A DNA stretch of 64,000 nucleotides from positions 10,257 through 74,256 of the forward strand of contig CALOAJ010000003.1 of assembly GCA_942491255.1 (NCBI GenBank), in the 5' to 3' direction. Position 1 is the stretch's first letter; each line of letters opens with the position of its first letter. Below the pieces are notes generated by a model. It ran no database searches and was not told the DNA's origin. It saw only the letters and a list, made by a program, of their open reading frames with translations. Below, piece after piece: positions 1 through 9,703 of the stretch. A program made the translations under genes and the position numbers. This DNA comes from an uncultured Flavobacteriaceae bacterium (lineage in GTDB: Bacteria; Bacteroidota; Bacteroidia; Flavobacteriales; Flavobacteriaceae).

Positions 1-1538
1 TCTGATTTCTTGTCCAAGTATAATGGGATGGGGTCATCAGGAAAATAAATTTCTTCCAGACGTTTTGCGATACCTATTATGGCGATTTTACCTCTAAGCC
101 CTAAAGCTTCGAGGCTTTTTAAGGCCGATGACAGCTGGCCTTTACCCCCATCTATAACTATCAATTGAGGTAGCCCCCTTTCCTCTTCTATTAACCTTTT
201 ATACCGCCTGTAAACCACTTCTTCCATGGACTTAAAGTCATCTGGGCCAACTACTGTCTTAATATTATAATGTCTATATTCCTTTTTTAGCGGTTTTCCA
301 TTTATAAAAACTACGCAAGCTGCAACGGGATTGCTTCCTTGAATATTTGAATTATCAAAACATTCTATATGTCTAGGTTCGGCAGATAATCTCAGATCTA
401 TCTTCATCTGCGCCATAATCCTATTAGTATGCCTATCCGGATCTGTTATTTTTATTTGCTTAAACCTTTCTTGTCTAAAATATTTAGCATTTCTTTCGGA
501 CAGTTCAACCAATTTTTTCTTGTCCCCTAATTTAGGAACGCTTACATGAATATCAGATGGTAAGGCGCAATCAAACGGTAAAAAAACTTTCTTTGAACTA
601 GTTTTAAAACGTTGCCTGATATCAACAATTGCCAATTCCAACAAATCTTTATCAGATTCCTCTAATTTTTTCTTTATTTCAATAGTATGTGAACGGACAA
701 TAGATCCATGAGATAATTGAAGAAAATTTACATAGGCAAATTCATTATCAGAAATAATGCTAAAGACATCCACGTCATTAATCTTCGGATTTACGATAGT
801 CGACTTTGCTTGATAATTCTGGAGAATATCAATCTTTTCTTTAATTAACTGGGCTCTTTCATATTTCATCTCGCTTGCAAGACTCTGCATTTGTCCTTTA
901 AAGTAGTGTAGGGAAGATTTAAAGTTTCCTTTAATTATTTCTCGGATATCATTAATTTGCTGAGAATACTCCTCATCAGACTGCAATCCTACACAAGGAC
1001 CTTTGCAATTTCCCAAATGATATTCCAAACACAACTTATATTTGCCGGCCTCAATCTTCTCTTTAGACAAATCATAATTACACGTCCTTAGAGGGTAAAC
1101 ACTTTTAATTAATTCAAGAAGTACTTTAACCGTTTTCATGCTTGTATAAGGGCCATAGTATTCAGAACCATCTTTTATCAGTTTTCGAGTTGGAAATACT
1201 CGTGGAAAACGTTCATTTTTAATACAAATCCAAGGGTAAGATTTATCATCTTTAAGCAGAACATTATATCGAGGTTGATTTTCTTTAATCAAGTTGCTTT
1301 CCAGCAAAAGAGCATCAGATTCTGTTTTTACTACAATGTGTTTCAAATTATCTATCTTTTTTACCATCACACGAGTTTTTCCATTCGTGTGTGTTTTAGT
1401 AAAATAAGAACTAACGCGCTTCTTTAGATTCTTGGCCTTTCCAACATAAAGCATCTTACCCTCATTATCAAAGAACTGATATACGCCAGGGCTATCGGGT
1501 AGCGTATTTAATTTTAAAGCTAAGGGTATATCGGACAT
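1..1538 (-). CDS. uvrC: Excinuclease ABC subunit C (UvrC), 5' portion; the 3' end lies beyond the window edge
   Basis: Absent from the ORF track because there is no in-window stop. Hand translation of the minus strand from ATG 1538..1536 gives MSDIPLALKLNTLPDSPGVYQFFDNEGKMLYVGKAKNLKKRV (GIY-YIG N-terminus). Further in: VYPLRTCNYDL...CLEYHLGNCKGPC. At the window edge: LIVIDGGKGQLSSALKSLEALGL...IIGIAKRLEEIYFP. Confidence 0.92.
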   Translation of the reverse strand, partial: MSDIPLALKLNTLPDSPGVYQFFDNEGKMLYVGKAKNLKKRVSSYFTKTHTNGKTRVMVKKIDNLKHIVVKTESDALLLESNLIKENQPRYNVLLKDDKSYPWICIKNERFPRVFPTRKLIKDGSEYYGPYTSMKTVKVLLELIKSVYPLRTCNYDLSKEKIEAGKYKLCLEYHLGNCKGPCVGLQSDEEYSQQINDIREIIKGNFKSSLHYFKGQMQSLASEMKYERAQLIKEKIDILQNYQAKSTIVNPKINDVDVFSIISDNEFAYVNFLQLSHGSIVRSHTIEIKKKLEESDKDLLELAIVDIRQRFKTSSKKVFLPFDCALPSDIHVSVPKLGDKKKLVELSERNAKYFRQERFKQIKITDPDRHTNRIMAQMKIDLRLSAEPRHIECFDNSNIQGSNPVAACVVFINGKPLKKEYRHYNIKTVVGPDDFKSMEEVVYRRYKRLIEEERGLPQLIVIDGGKGQLSSALKSLEALGLRGKIAIIGIAKRLEEIYFPDDPIPLYLDKKS

Positions 1539-1585
1539 AAATGAAATAACAAAACAACGTATATTATGTAATTGGACGATTCTTG

Positions 1586-1593
1586 CAAAATTA
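1586..1593 (-). promoter_or_regulatory. Bacteroidota -7 box (TAATTTTG) upstream of uvrC
   Basis: Exact match to TAnnTTTG on the minus strand, 47 nt upstream of the uvrC ATG. Confidence 0.45.
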
Positions 1594-2032
1594 AATTAGT
1601 CATTTTATTATTTCTATCAAAGTTTAAAGGATAATGAAAAGAACAACAAAAGATTACATAGAATTAACATATAAAAATCGAGAATGTTAACAAAAGGCCT
1701 CTAGAATGAGACGGCATTCCATAAGTTGTTGATATACTATAAGGTAAGTCTTAATGAATCCATAATTTGGGCAAGAAAAGCTGATCTAATTGTTAAGAAG
1801 AATATAAAAATGATGTATTTCATCGATAAAATTGTGCTGTTTATAGGATATGTAACATATTTTTATTTATATTTATCTCAATTAAAACAATTAACTAAAT
1901 GGAAAATTACATCATCACTCTTGGTTTGTACCTTGGTTTGATGCTATTTTTTAAAATATATTTTGCGGTTGCAGCCAAAGAATAATTTAAGACAATAGTT
2001 CCCCAAACTACAGAAAAGTTTAATCGATAAAT

Positions 2033-2593
2033 ATGCTAAAAAAAAAGCTCCGATTAGACTATCATAACTTAAGAAATCAACTTTCAAAACAGGAATTAGA
2101 AGATAGAAGTTTAAAAATTTCTAATAATCTAATTCCTTTATCTATTTGGCATCACAGCTTTTACCATGTCTTTCTTTCTATTGCAAGTAAAAGAGAAATT
2201 GACACTGGTTATATCCTAAGCATCCTTCAGGGAAAAGACAAAAATATTGTCATCCCTAAGATGTCTTCAAACAACAGTCTGGCGCACTTCTTATTGACAG
2301 ATAATACAACTATAATTATCAATAAATGGGATGTTCCGGAGCCGATAGACGGCTTAGAGGTACCTACAGACAAAATAGACGTGGTCTTTGTTCCTTTATT
2401 AGCCTTTGATGTTTATGGAAATAGAGTCGGATACGGTAAGGGTTATTATGATGCTTTTCTCAGGAAATGTCGCAAGGATGTAATTAAAATTGGGATTTCA
2501 ATGTTTGAGGCTGTCGATAAGATAGAAGACGTTTCGCCATATGACGAACGTTTGCACTTTTGTGTAACCCCCAATAAGATATATGAATTTTAG
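2033..2593 (+). CDS. 5-formyltetrahydrofolate cyclo-ligase
   Basis: 186 aa with the family motif VFVPLLAFDVYGNRVGYGKGYYDAFL. ATG start. Confidence 0.85.
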   Translation: MLKKKLRLDYHNLRNQLSKQELEDRSLKISNNLIPLSIWHHSFYHVFLSIASKREIDTGYILSILQGKDKNIVIPKMSSNNSLAHFLLTDNTTIIINKWDVPEPIDGLEVPTDKIDVVFVPLLAFDVYGNRVGYGKGYYDAFLRKCRKDVIKIGISMFEAVDKIEDVSPYDERLHFCVTPNKIYEF

Positions 2594-3210
2594 TGCTTTT
2601 TATCACCAAAAGCCTTTTTATTAAATACAATTAAGATTCCCACTCCAGTGCTGATTGCAGTGTCTGCAATATTAAAAACAGGTTCAAAAAATCTAAAATT
2701 ATTACCGCCCACAAAAGGGACCCAATTAGGCCAATTAGCATCAATTAAAGGAAAGTACAACATGTCAACAACCTTCCCATAGAACAAACTACCATAAGGT
2801 TGGTCTGAAAAAAGAGTGGCAACTTGATTATAACTATCATTAAAGATAATACCGTAAAACAGGGAATCAATAATATTCCCCAAGGCTCCGGCAAAAATTA
2901 AGGAAACTGCTAAAACCAAAGTTCTAGTTGAATTCTTTTTTATAATGTCATATAGCCAATAACCAATCCCTACAATCGCAAAGAGTCTAAAAACTGTAAG
3001 AATAAGTTTTCCTATCTTATCTGAAATTGGTAAAACATCACTTAATTTTGCTCCCCAAGCAGCGCCCTCGTTTTCAATAAAAAGAATTTTAAACCAAGTA
3101 AAAACTTCAGTTGCCTCACCTAATTGAAAATGAGTTTTGATATAGATTTTGCTGATTTGATCTACCAGCAGGACCAGAAGAACAACTAGCAAGGAGCGCT
3201 TAAAATTCAT
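2590..3210 (-). CDS. lspA: Lipoprotein signal peptidase (signal peptidase II)
   Basis: 206 aa, polytopic, with motifs FIENEGAAWG and FNIADTAISTGV. Lies downstream of ileS and the DksA-like gene, as is usual in Bacteroidota. Confidence 0.9.
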   Translation of the reverse strand: MNFKRSLLVVLLVLLVDQISKIYIKTHFQLGEATEVFTWFKILFIENEGAAWGAKLSDVLPISDKIGKLILTVFRLFAIVGIGYWLYDIIKKNSTRTLVLAVSLIFAGALGNIIDSLFYGIIFNDSYNQVATLFSDQPYGSLFYGKVVDMLYFPLIDANWPNWVPFVGGNNFRFFEPVFNIADTAISTGVGILIVFNKKAFGDKKH

Positions 3211-3305
3211 TATTGTCGAAATAGTTCGGGCAAAAATAGGGATTATAAAAGCAATTCTAAGATAGAAATGCTATTTAAAAAATAGAAAACAACTGCTTTA
3301 AAAAG

Positions 3306-3689
3306 CTATTTCTGCATATTTTTCGCTTCAATACTCAAGGTTGCGTGTGGTACGAGTTTCAAACGTTCCTTGTTAATGAGCTTCCCAGTTACCCTACAAA
3401 TACCATAGGTCTTATTCTCTATTCGCAAGAGAGCATTTTTAAGATCCCTGATAAATTTCTCCTGACGGATCGCTAACTGAGTATTTGCCTCTTTACTCAT
3501 TGTTTCCGAGCCTTCTTCAAAAGCTTTAAAGGTAGGTGCAGTGTCATCTGTACCATTGTTTCCATCATTCATATAAGAACTCTTTAAAAGATCTAAATGA
3601 CTTTTGGCTTTCACTATTTTCTCTTCGATAAGAACTTTGAATTCTTCTAATTCTTTATCGGCGTATCTTATTTTTAAATCTTCACCCAT
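3306..3689 (-). CDS. DksA/TraR-family protein (cysteine-poor zinc-finger region)
   Basis: 127 aa. Coiled-coil N-terminal part and C-terminal YGICRVTGKLINKERLKLVPHATLSIEAK resembling the DksA finger, but with only one Cys. Starts 3 nt after the ileS stop. Confidence 0.75.
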   Translation of the reverse strand: MGEDLKIRYADKELEEFKVLIEEKIVKAKSHLDLLKSSYMNDGNNGTDDTAPTFKAFEEGSETMSKEANTQLAIRQEKFIRDLKNALLRIENKTYGICRVTGKLINKERLKLVPHATLSIEAKNMQK

Positions 3690-3692
3690 AAT

Positions 3693-6600
3693 TTAATGTT
3701 TTTGTACAGCCAGTTTTGTGTTAACCTGATCAAAAGTAATGACTACACCGTCTTCCATCTTTTCTTCAAAATCTAATTCCGAAGTAAGGGTTTCATTCTT
3801 TATATATTTCAGATTATTTCTGACTGCTTTTTCTACTAATCCGTCTTTTAATATTCTAATATCAATTTTATCTGTTACATCAAAACCAGATTCTTTTCTT
3901 ATGTTTTGAATTCTATTAACTAACTCTCGGGCAATACCCTCTTCCTTTAAGTTTTCGTCTATAGTTATATCCAGGGCTACCGTAATATTGCCCGCAGTGG
4001 CCACAAGCCACCCCTCAATATCCTGTGACATAATCTCTACATCCTCTAACTGTAAGATAATACTTTTATTTTCTATTTCAAGTGAAATTTTACCTTCTGA
4101 CTCAATTTTTTGGATATCTTTTTGATCCAATTTGCTTACTGCTATTCCAATTTGTTTCATGTCCCTACCATACCTTGGACCCAAAACTTTAAAGTTTGGT
4201 TTAATACGTTTCACCAAAATACCAGACGCATCATCAATCAAGTCAATTTCTTTTACATTTACCTCTGTTTTAATCAGATCTGCTATGGCCTCAATTTCTC
4301 TTCGTTGAATATCGTCTAAAACAGGGATCATTATTTTTTGTAAAGGTTGCCTTACTTTTATCTTCTCTTTCTGTCTTATAGATAGAACCAAGGAAGATAT
4401 AAGCTGTGCTTTCTGCATTTTACTCTCCAACTCTTTGTTAATAAAGCTAGAATCTGCCTTAGGAAAAGCAGCTAAATGTACACTTTCAAATTCCTCTTTT
4501 TTAGTTGTATTTATTAAATCAATATACAAACGATCCATATAAAAAGGCGCAATAGGTGCTCCTAACTTTGCTATGGTCAGTAAACAAGTATAAAGTGTTT
4601 GATAGGCAGATATTTTATCTTCTTGATAATCTCCTTTCCAAAACCTCCTTCGACTTAAACGGACATACCAGTTACTCAAGTTTTCCTGAACAAAATAGGC
4701 CATGGCTCTAGCCGCCTTCGTTGGCTCATAGTTCTCATAAGCATCATCTACTTCTTCAATAAGACTATGTAATTCTGACAATATCCACAAATCTATTTCC
4801 GGCCTATTCTCATCTGGTATTTCCTCCTCGGAATAATCAAAATTATCAATATTTGCATATAAGGAAAAGAAAGAATATGTATTGTACAGCGTTCCAAAAA
4901 ATTTCCTTTTTACCTCATCAATTCCCTCTAAATCGAACTTAAGATTATCCCAAGGATTGGCGTTGGAAATAAGATACCATCTGGTAGCATCTGGCCCATA
5001 TTTTTCCAGGGTTGTCCAGGGATCGATGGCGTTTCCAAGTCTTTTGGACATTTTCTTACCCTCCTTGTCTAACACCAAGCCGTTGGAAACAACATTTTTA
5101 TATGCAACAGAGTCGAATATCATAGTAGCAATAGCATGCATCGTATAAAACCAGCCTCTGGTTTGATCCACTCCTTCAGCAATAAAATCAGCCGGAAAAG
5201 TTTTTCCCTGATCAATAAGTTCATTATTTTCAAAAGGATAATGCCATTGAGCATAAGGCATAGAACCACTATCAAACCAAACATCTATAAGGTCACTTTC
5301 CCTTTTCATCGCCTTGCCCGCATCTGAAACCAAAACAATTTTATCTACAACATTCTTATGAAGATCAATTTTGTCGTAGTTGAGGTCACTCATATCTTTT
5401 GGGTCGAAGTCCTTAAAAATATCTTCAGACATAAAACCTTTAGAAACCGCAATATTCATTTCAGTTTTTAATTCTTCTACGGAACCAATCAACTTCTCTT
5501 CCTTCCCATCTTCTGTCCTCCAAATTGGAAGTGGAATTCCCCAATATCTAGATCGACTTAAATTCCAATCATTTGCATTGGCCAACCAATTCCCAAATCT
5601 TCCTTCTCCTGTGGCCTTGGGTTTCCAATTTATAGTTTGATTTAGCTCAAACATTCTATCTCTTACCTGGGTAATCTTAATAAACCAAGAATCTAAAGGA
5701 TAGTATAATATTGGCTTATCAGTTCGCCAGCAATTGGGATAACTATGAACGTACTTCTCTACTTTAAAAGCTTTGTTTTCCTCTTTCAGATTAATGGCAA
5801 TTTCTACATCTACTGATCTCTCCGGGGCATCTCCATCCTCATAATACTCATTCTTCACATATTTCCCAGCCAAGCTCCCCATTTCCGGTCTAAACTTCCC
5901 TTGAAGATTAACCAGTGGCACAGGGTTATTATTATCATCCATAACCAGCATCGGTGGAACAGGCGGAGTTGCCTGCATAGCCACTTGCATATCATCTGCT
6001 CCAAAAGTTGGGGCTGTATGCACAATACCAGTGCCGTCTTCAGTTGTCACAAAATCCCCTCCAATTACTCTAAAGGCATTTTCCGGATCTTGGTACGGAG
6101 TTGCATATTCCAAAAGTTGCTCATATTTAATTCCGATAAGATCTTTCCCTGCACAAGATCCTAAAAGCTGAAATGGAATTTTCTTATCTGCACTCGAATA
6201 TTTGGCAAGAGCTTCTTCAGAAGCTACTTCGAAATATTTTCCCGTAAATTGTTTTGCAACCAGACTTTTAGCCAATATTACCGTCATTGGCTGAAAGGTA
6301 TACTGATTGTATGTCTTAATCCAAACATATTCAATTTTTGGTCCTACTGTCAAGGCCGTATTAGAGGGCAAAGTCCAAGGTGTGGTGGTCCATGCTAACA
6401 AAAACAATTCTCCGTCAACTTGTTTTAAAAAGGTAGGAAGGGAATCATCTTTCACCTTAAACTGAGCAGTGACAGTGGTGTCCGTAATATCCTGATAAGT
6501 CCCCGGCATATTAAGCTCATGTGAACTTAAACCGGTTCCTGCCTTAGGGGAATAGGGTTGAATAGTATATCCTTTATAAATCAGATCCTTGTTATAAATC

Positions 6601-7094
6601 TGCTTAAGTAACCACCAAACGGATTCTATATATTTTGATTTATAAGTAACATATGGATCTTCCATATCTACCCAATAGCCAATTTTTTCTGTGAGGTCAT
6701 TCCAAGCATCTGTATAACGCATGACTGCTTTTTTACAAGCTTCATTATACTCCTCAACGGATATTTTTACACCAATATCTTCCTTCGTAATTCCTAAATC
6801 CTTTTCAACACCAAGCTCAATTGGCAAGCCATGGGTGTCCCAGCCTGCTTTTCGTTTTACCTGAAATCCTTTCATGGTCTTGTATCTAGGGAAAATATCT
6901 TTTATCGTCCTAGCCATTACATGATGGATTCCCGGCATACCATTTGCTGATGGAGGGCCTTCGTAAACCACATAATTTGGATTGCCTTCGCGCTGGGAAA
7001 TGCTTTTTTCAAAAATTTGCTGGGATTTCCAAAACTGGAGAACTTCCGTCCCCACCTCAGCCAAATCTAATCCCTTATATTCTGCAAATTTCAT
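3693..7094 (-). CDS. ileS: Isoleucine--tRNA ligase (long ~1130-aa form)
   Basis: 1133 aa. PPSANGMPGIHHVMAR (HIGH-type motif), KMSKRLGN (KMSKS), WTTTPWTLPSN editing-domain motif. Confidence 0.97.
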   Translation of the reverse strand: MKFAEYKGLDLAEVGTEVLQFWKSQQIFEKSISQREGNPNYVVYEGPPSANGMPGIHHVMARTIKDIFPRYKTMKGFQVKRKAGWDTHGLPIELGVEKDLGITKEDIGVKISVEEYNEACKKAVMRYTDAWNDLTEKIGYWVDMEDPYVTYKSKYIESVWWLLKQIYNKDLIYKGYTIQPYSPKAGTGLSSHELNMPGTYQDITDTTVTAQFKVKDDSLPTFLKQVDGELFLLAWTTTPWTLPSNTALTVGPKIEYVWIKTYNQYTFQPMTVILAKSLVAKQFTGKYFEVASEEALAKYSSADKKIPFQLLGSCAGKDLIGIKYEQLLEYATPYQDPENAFRVIGGDFVTTEDGTGIVHTAPTFGADDMQVAMQATPPVPPMLVMDDNNNPVPLVNLQGKFRPEMGSLAGKYVKNEYYEDGDAPERSVDVEIAINLKEENKAFKVEKYVHSYPNCWRTDKPILYYPLDSWFIKITQVRDRMFELNQTINWKPKATGEGRFGNWLANANDWNLSRSRYWGIPLPIWRTEDGKEEKLIGSVEELKTEMNIAVSKGFMSEDIFKDFDPKDMSDLNYDKIDLHKNVVDKIVLVSDAGKAMKRESDLIDVWFDSGSMPYAQWHYPFENNELIDQGKTFPADFIAEGVDQTRGWFYTMHAIATMIFDSVAYKNVVSNGLVLDKEGKKMSKRLGNAIDPWTTLEKYGPDATRWYLISNANPWDNLKFDLEGIDEVKRKFFGTLYNTYSFFSLYANIDNFDYSEEEIPDENRPEIDLWILSELHSLIEEVDDAYENYEPTKAARAMAYFVQENLSNWYVRLSRRRFWKGDYQEDKISAYQTLYTCLLTIAKLGAPIAPFYMDRLYIDLINTTKKEEFESVHLAAFPKADSSFINKELESKMQKAQLISSLVLSIRQKEKIKVRQPLQKIMIPVLDDIQRREIEAIADLIKTEVNVKEIDLIDDASGILVKRIKPNFKVLGPRYGRDMKQIGIAVSKLDQKDIQKIESEGKISLEIENKSIILQLEDVEIMSQDIEGWLVATAGNITVALDITIDENLKEEGIARELVNRIQNIRKESGFDVTDKIDIRILKDGLVEKAVRNNLKYIKNETLTSELDFEEKMEDGVVITFDQVNTKLAVQKH

Positions 7095-7127
7095 ACTAAC
7101 GATTTACTTTAGAATAAATTAAGGCTG

Positions 7128-7135
7128 CAAAATTA
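7128..7135 (-). promoter_or_regulatory. -7 box (TAATTTTG) upstream of ileS
   Basis: Exact TAnnTTTG match, 33 nt upstream of the ileS ATG. Confidence 0.5.
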
Positions 7136-7270
7136 AGGAATTAGAATGATATTTTTGCCTTATTCTCAAATTGTATAAATCCTTTAAAAACAGCGAGTAG
7201 AAAACCAAATATTTCTGAGCTGGAAAGCCATATCTATTTCTTCTATTTTAAGTAAGATAATTACTGTAGA

Positions 7271-9703
7271 TTAAAACCGAAAATTAACCCCTCCAATTAC
7301 ATTAAAGCCAGGAGCCGCTAATCCGGAAGAATAAGGGCGATATCTTTGATTTGTAAAATTTTCAATAGTTAGGGTAAATCTAAGAGCATTGCTTAATTGA
7401 AACTGAGAACGTAAATTAAGTGTATACCATGAAGGGGAATAGGGGTTTCCATTACTGTCCTTAGCATAAATATAAGCCTTGCTAATTTCTGACAGTGCTA
7501 AGTCATTAAAAGATATTTCCCCATTATAGTTTAAAAACAAATCCGTTTTAAACCGCTGTTTACGCCAAATGATATGAAAATCTCCAAATGTTGGTGCCGC
7601 ATGCCTTGCCGGACTTGCTACTCCAGTCTCATCAACTTCAGTGCCCTTGGTAAGGGTCACATTAGACAATAATGAAAACTGCTCATTTAAGAAAGCCTCA
7701 AAACCAAACTCAAAACCATAAACATATGCCTCAGATGCATTTTGAATCGCCTGGACATTACTTAGTACCCCATTATAAAATATTTCACTTACCCCATTAT
7801 ATTGATAATCTCGTCTTACCAGAGCATCAGATAAATAGGTATAATATGTGGCGGCCTTTAAAACTACAATATCATTAAAGTTCTTCCTTATTCCTAATTC
7901 TATATTATATGCATACTCTGGCTTTAGTTTGGGATTAGGCACTACAACGGATCCCGGTTCAGAATCAAAGATTTTGCCGATATCATCAATATTCGGAGCC
8001 CTAAAACCTGTAGAACCATTCAAGGTAAATTGCAAATCTGCCCTGGGTAACCAACTAAATCCTAAACTACCCGTAAGTGCCCCATTTTTCAGATCGGCAT
8101 CATCAAAGGGAAAGTCAAAATATGTCTTATCAAAGGTGGCATCCACCCAAACGTGACTATATCGTAAACCTCCTAACCATGTAAAATTGGGCCTCGATTT
8201 GAGTTCGCCGTTTACATAAGCTGCTAAAGATTGCCAAGTTGAACCATTCGGATACCTAGAGGCATATCCTTCAGAGACCTCTGTTTCTATATTTTGTTGC
8301 GTGCCTTTAGAACCTACCTTATTAAACAAATACTCCGTACCATAGTACAACCTTAATTTTCCTATTTTTCTATTTTCAAAATCCAAATTAAATGAAAAAG
8401 CGTCAACATTTTCTTCTGTAGTATATCTAATGGGGTCATCAAAAGATCTATCATTTCTGCTTTCCTTAAAATTTTGATAAGCGCTCGTAATTTTTAATCC
8501 ATCATAAAATTTTCCTCTGCCATTATGGTTAATTTGCAAGTTGGTCATAAACCATTTCTGCGGACCATAAAACCACTCTGCAGAACGCAGACCTGTGTCA
8601 TCCTCATTCGGGCGAATTAAACGATCATATCTGGAGAAGTCAGTCGTTCCTGAATAAAATAATCCTAAATCGTAGGCCCAATTAGTATTAGGTTTAAAAG
8701 CAATTTTTTGCATGAAGTTAATCTGATTGTACCCGGTTGGCACTTGAACAAGCGGGTCTTCGTTTGGAAGCAGGACATCAATACCATTTATTCTCGACGC
8801 ATAATTCTCTCGTAAATAGGAATCAGGACCATGTTTTCCCATTTTTAAATCTTCAAAGGCACTAAAAGAAGCGCTAGTTAAAAAAGCCCACTTTTTACCT
8901 CCAAAATTGATATCAAAATGTCCGGTATTTTCATTATTTGCTGAGGCAAATCTATATGCCATATTACCGGATATTAATAAGCTATCCACTAGAGAAAACG
9001 TGGGCTTCTTAGAAAGAAAATTCATTACACCTCCTATGGCATCACTTCCATAAATTACTGATCCCGGCCCAAAAATGATTTCTGTACTCTGAATGGTAAA
9101 GGGATCTATGGATATAACATTTTGAATATTACCCCCTCTAAATATGGCATTGTTCATCCTTACCCCATCTACAGACAACAAAAGCCTGTTTGTAGCGAAT
9201 CCTCGAATCATAGGACTACCTCCTCCTAATTGGCTCTTTTGCACAAATATTTGTCCACTATTAGTTAATAAGTCAGCAGCGGTTTGTGGGTTTGTAAAAG
9301 CAATACTCTGAGCAGAAATAGAAAGTATTTTTTGAGGTATATCTTTTTTTTGTTGCTCCCATTTGGAAATGGACATTACCACTTCATCCAGTTGTTCCCT
9401 TTTAAGGGATAGATATACTTTAGCTTCCCTTTTAAGGAAAGACTCTTTAAGTCCGTTTTTAGTTAGATAACTAAGGTGTCTTATGCTAAGCCTTTCAGCT
9501 TCTTGAAATATTGACAAATCACAATTTCCATCAATATCTGATAAGGAAGTACGCGATTGGTCTGAATTGACAATTACCGCATTTACGACGGGTTCTAAGG
9601 TCTCTACATCCAAAATACGTATTGTTTGGGCAGACACTATACTTCCTAAAAGAAATAAGGTAAGAGATACTATTCCCCTATGTTGTTTAATCAAAAACTT
9701 CAT
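7271..9703 (-). CDS. TonB-dependent outer-membrane receptor with N-terminal carboxypeptidase-regulatory-like domain
   Basis: 810 aa. Signal peptide, plug motif GGSPMIRGF...DGVRMNN, beta-barrel repeats, C-terminal aromatic residue (...GGVNFRF). Confidence 0.88.
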   Translation of the reverse strand: MKFLIKQHRGIVSLTLFLLGSIVSAQTIRILDVETLEPVVNAVIVNSDQSRTSLSDIDGNCDLSIFQEAERLSIRHLSYLTKNGLKESFLKREAKVYLSLKREQLDEVVMSISKWEQQKKDIPQKILSISAQSIAFTNPQTAADLLTNSGQIFVQKSQLGGGSPMIRGFATNRLLLSVDGVRMNNAIFRGGNIQNVISIDPFTIQSTEIIFGPGSVIYGSDAIGGVMNFLSKKPTFSLVDSLLISGNMAYRFASANNENTGHFDINFGGKKWAFLTSASFSAFEDLKMGKHGPDSYLRENYASRINGIDVLLPNEDPLVQVPTGYNQINFMQKIAFKPNTNWAYDLGLFYSGTTDFSRYDRLIRPNEDDTGLRSAEWFYGPQKWFMTNLQINHNGRGKFYDGLKITSAYQNFKESRNDRSFDDPIRYTTEENVDAFSFNLDFENRKIGKLRLYYGTEYLFNKVGSKGTQQNIETEVSEGYASRYPNGSTWQSLAAYVNGELKSRPNFTWLGGLRYSHVWVDATFDKTYFDFPFDDADLKNGALTGSLGFSWLPRADLQFTLNGSTGFRAPNIDDIGKIFDSEPGSVVVPNPKLKPEYAYNIELGIRKNFNDIVVLKAATYYTYLSDALVRRDYQYNGVSEIFYNGVLSNVQAIQNASEAYVYGFEFGFEAFLNEQFSLLSNVTLTKGTEVDETGVASPARHAAPTFGDFHIIWRKQRFKTDLFLNYNGEISFNDLALSEISKAYIYAKDSNGNPYSPSWYTLNLRSQFQLSNALRFTLTIENFTNQRYRPYSSGLAAPGFNVIGGVNFRF

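Noticed and set aside
1726-1941. 71-aa ORF in the uvrC / 5-FCL spacer
   Set aside because: It has a TTG start and a low-complexity I/K/Y/L-rich composition in AT-rich DNA, with no motif. It is more likely promoter or spacer sequence. Only the shorter hydrophobic mini-ORF (1899..1985) was kept, as a low-interest finding.
4110-6164. Five plus-strand ORFs of 63-88 aa (4110, 4882, 5136, 5380, 5901) inside ileS
   Set aside because: All are antisense to a well-supported 1133-aa ileS gene. Their compositions are S/F/I/L-rich, as is typical of antisense frames, and none has a recognisable motif.
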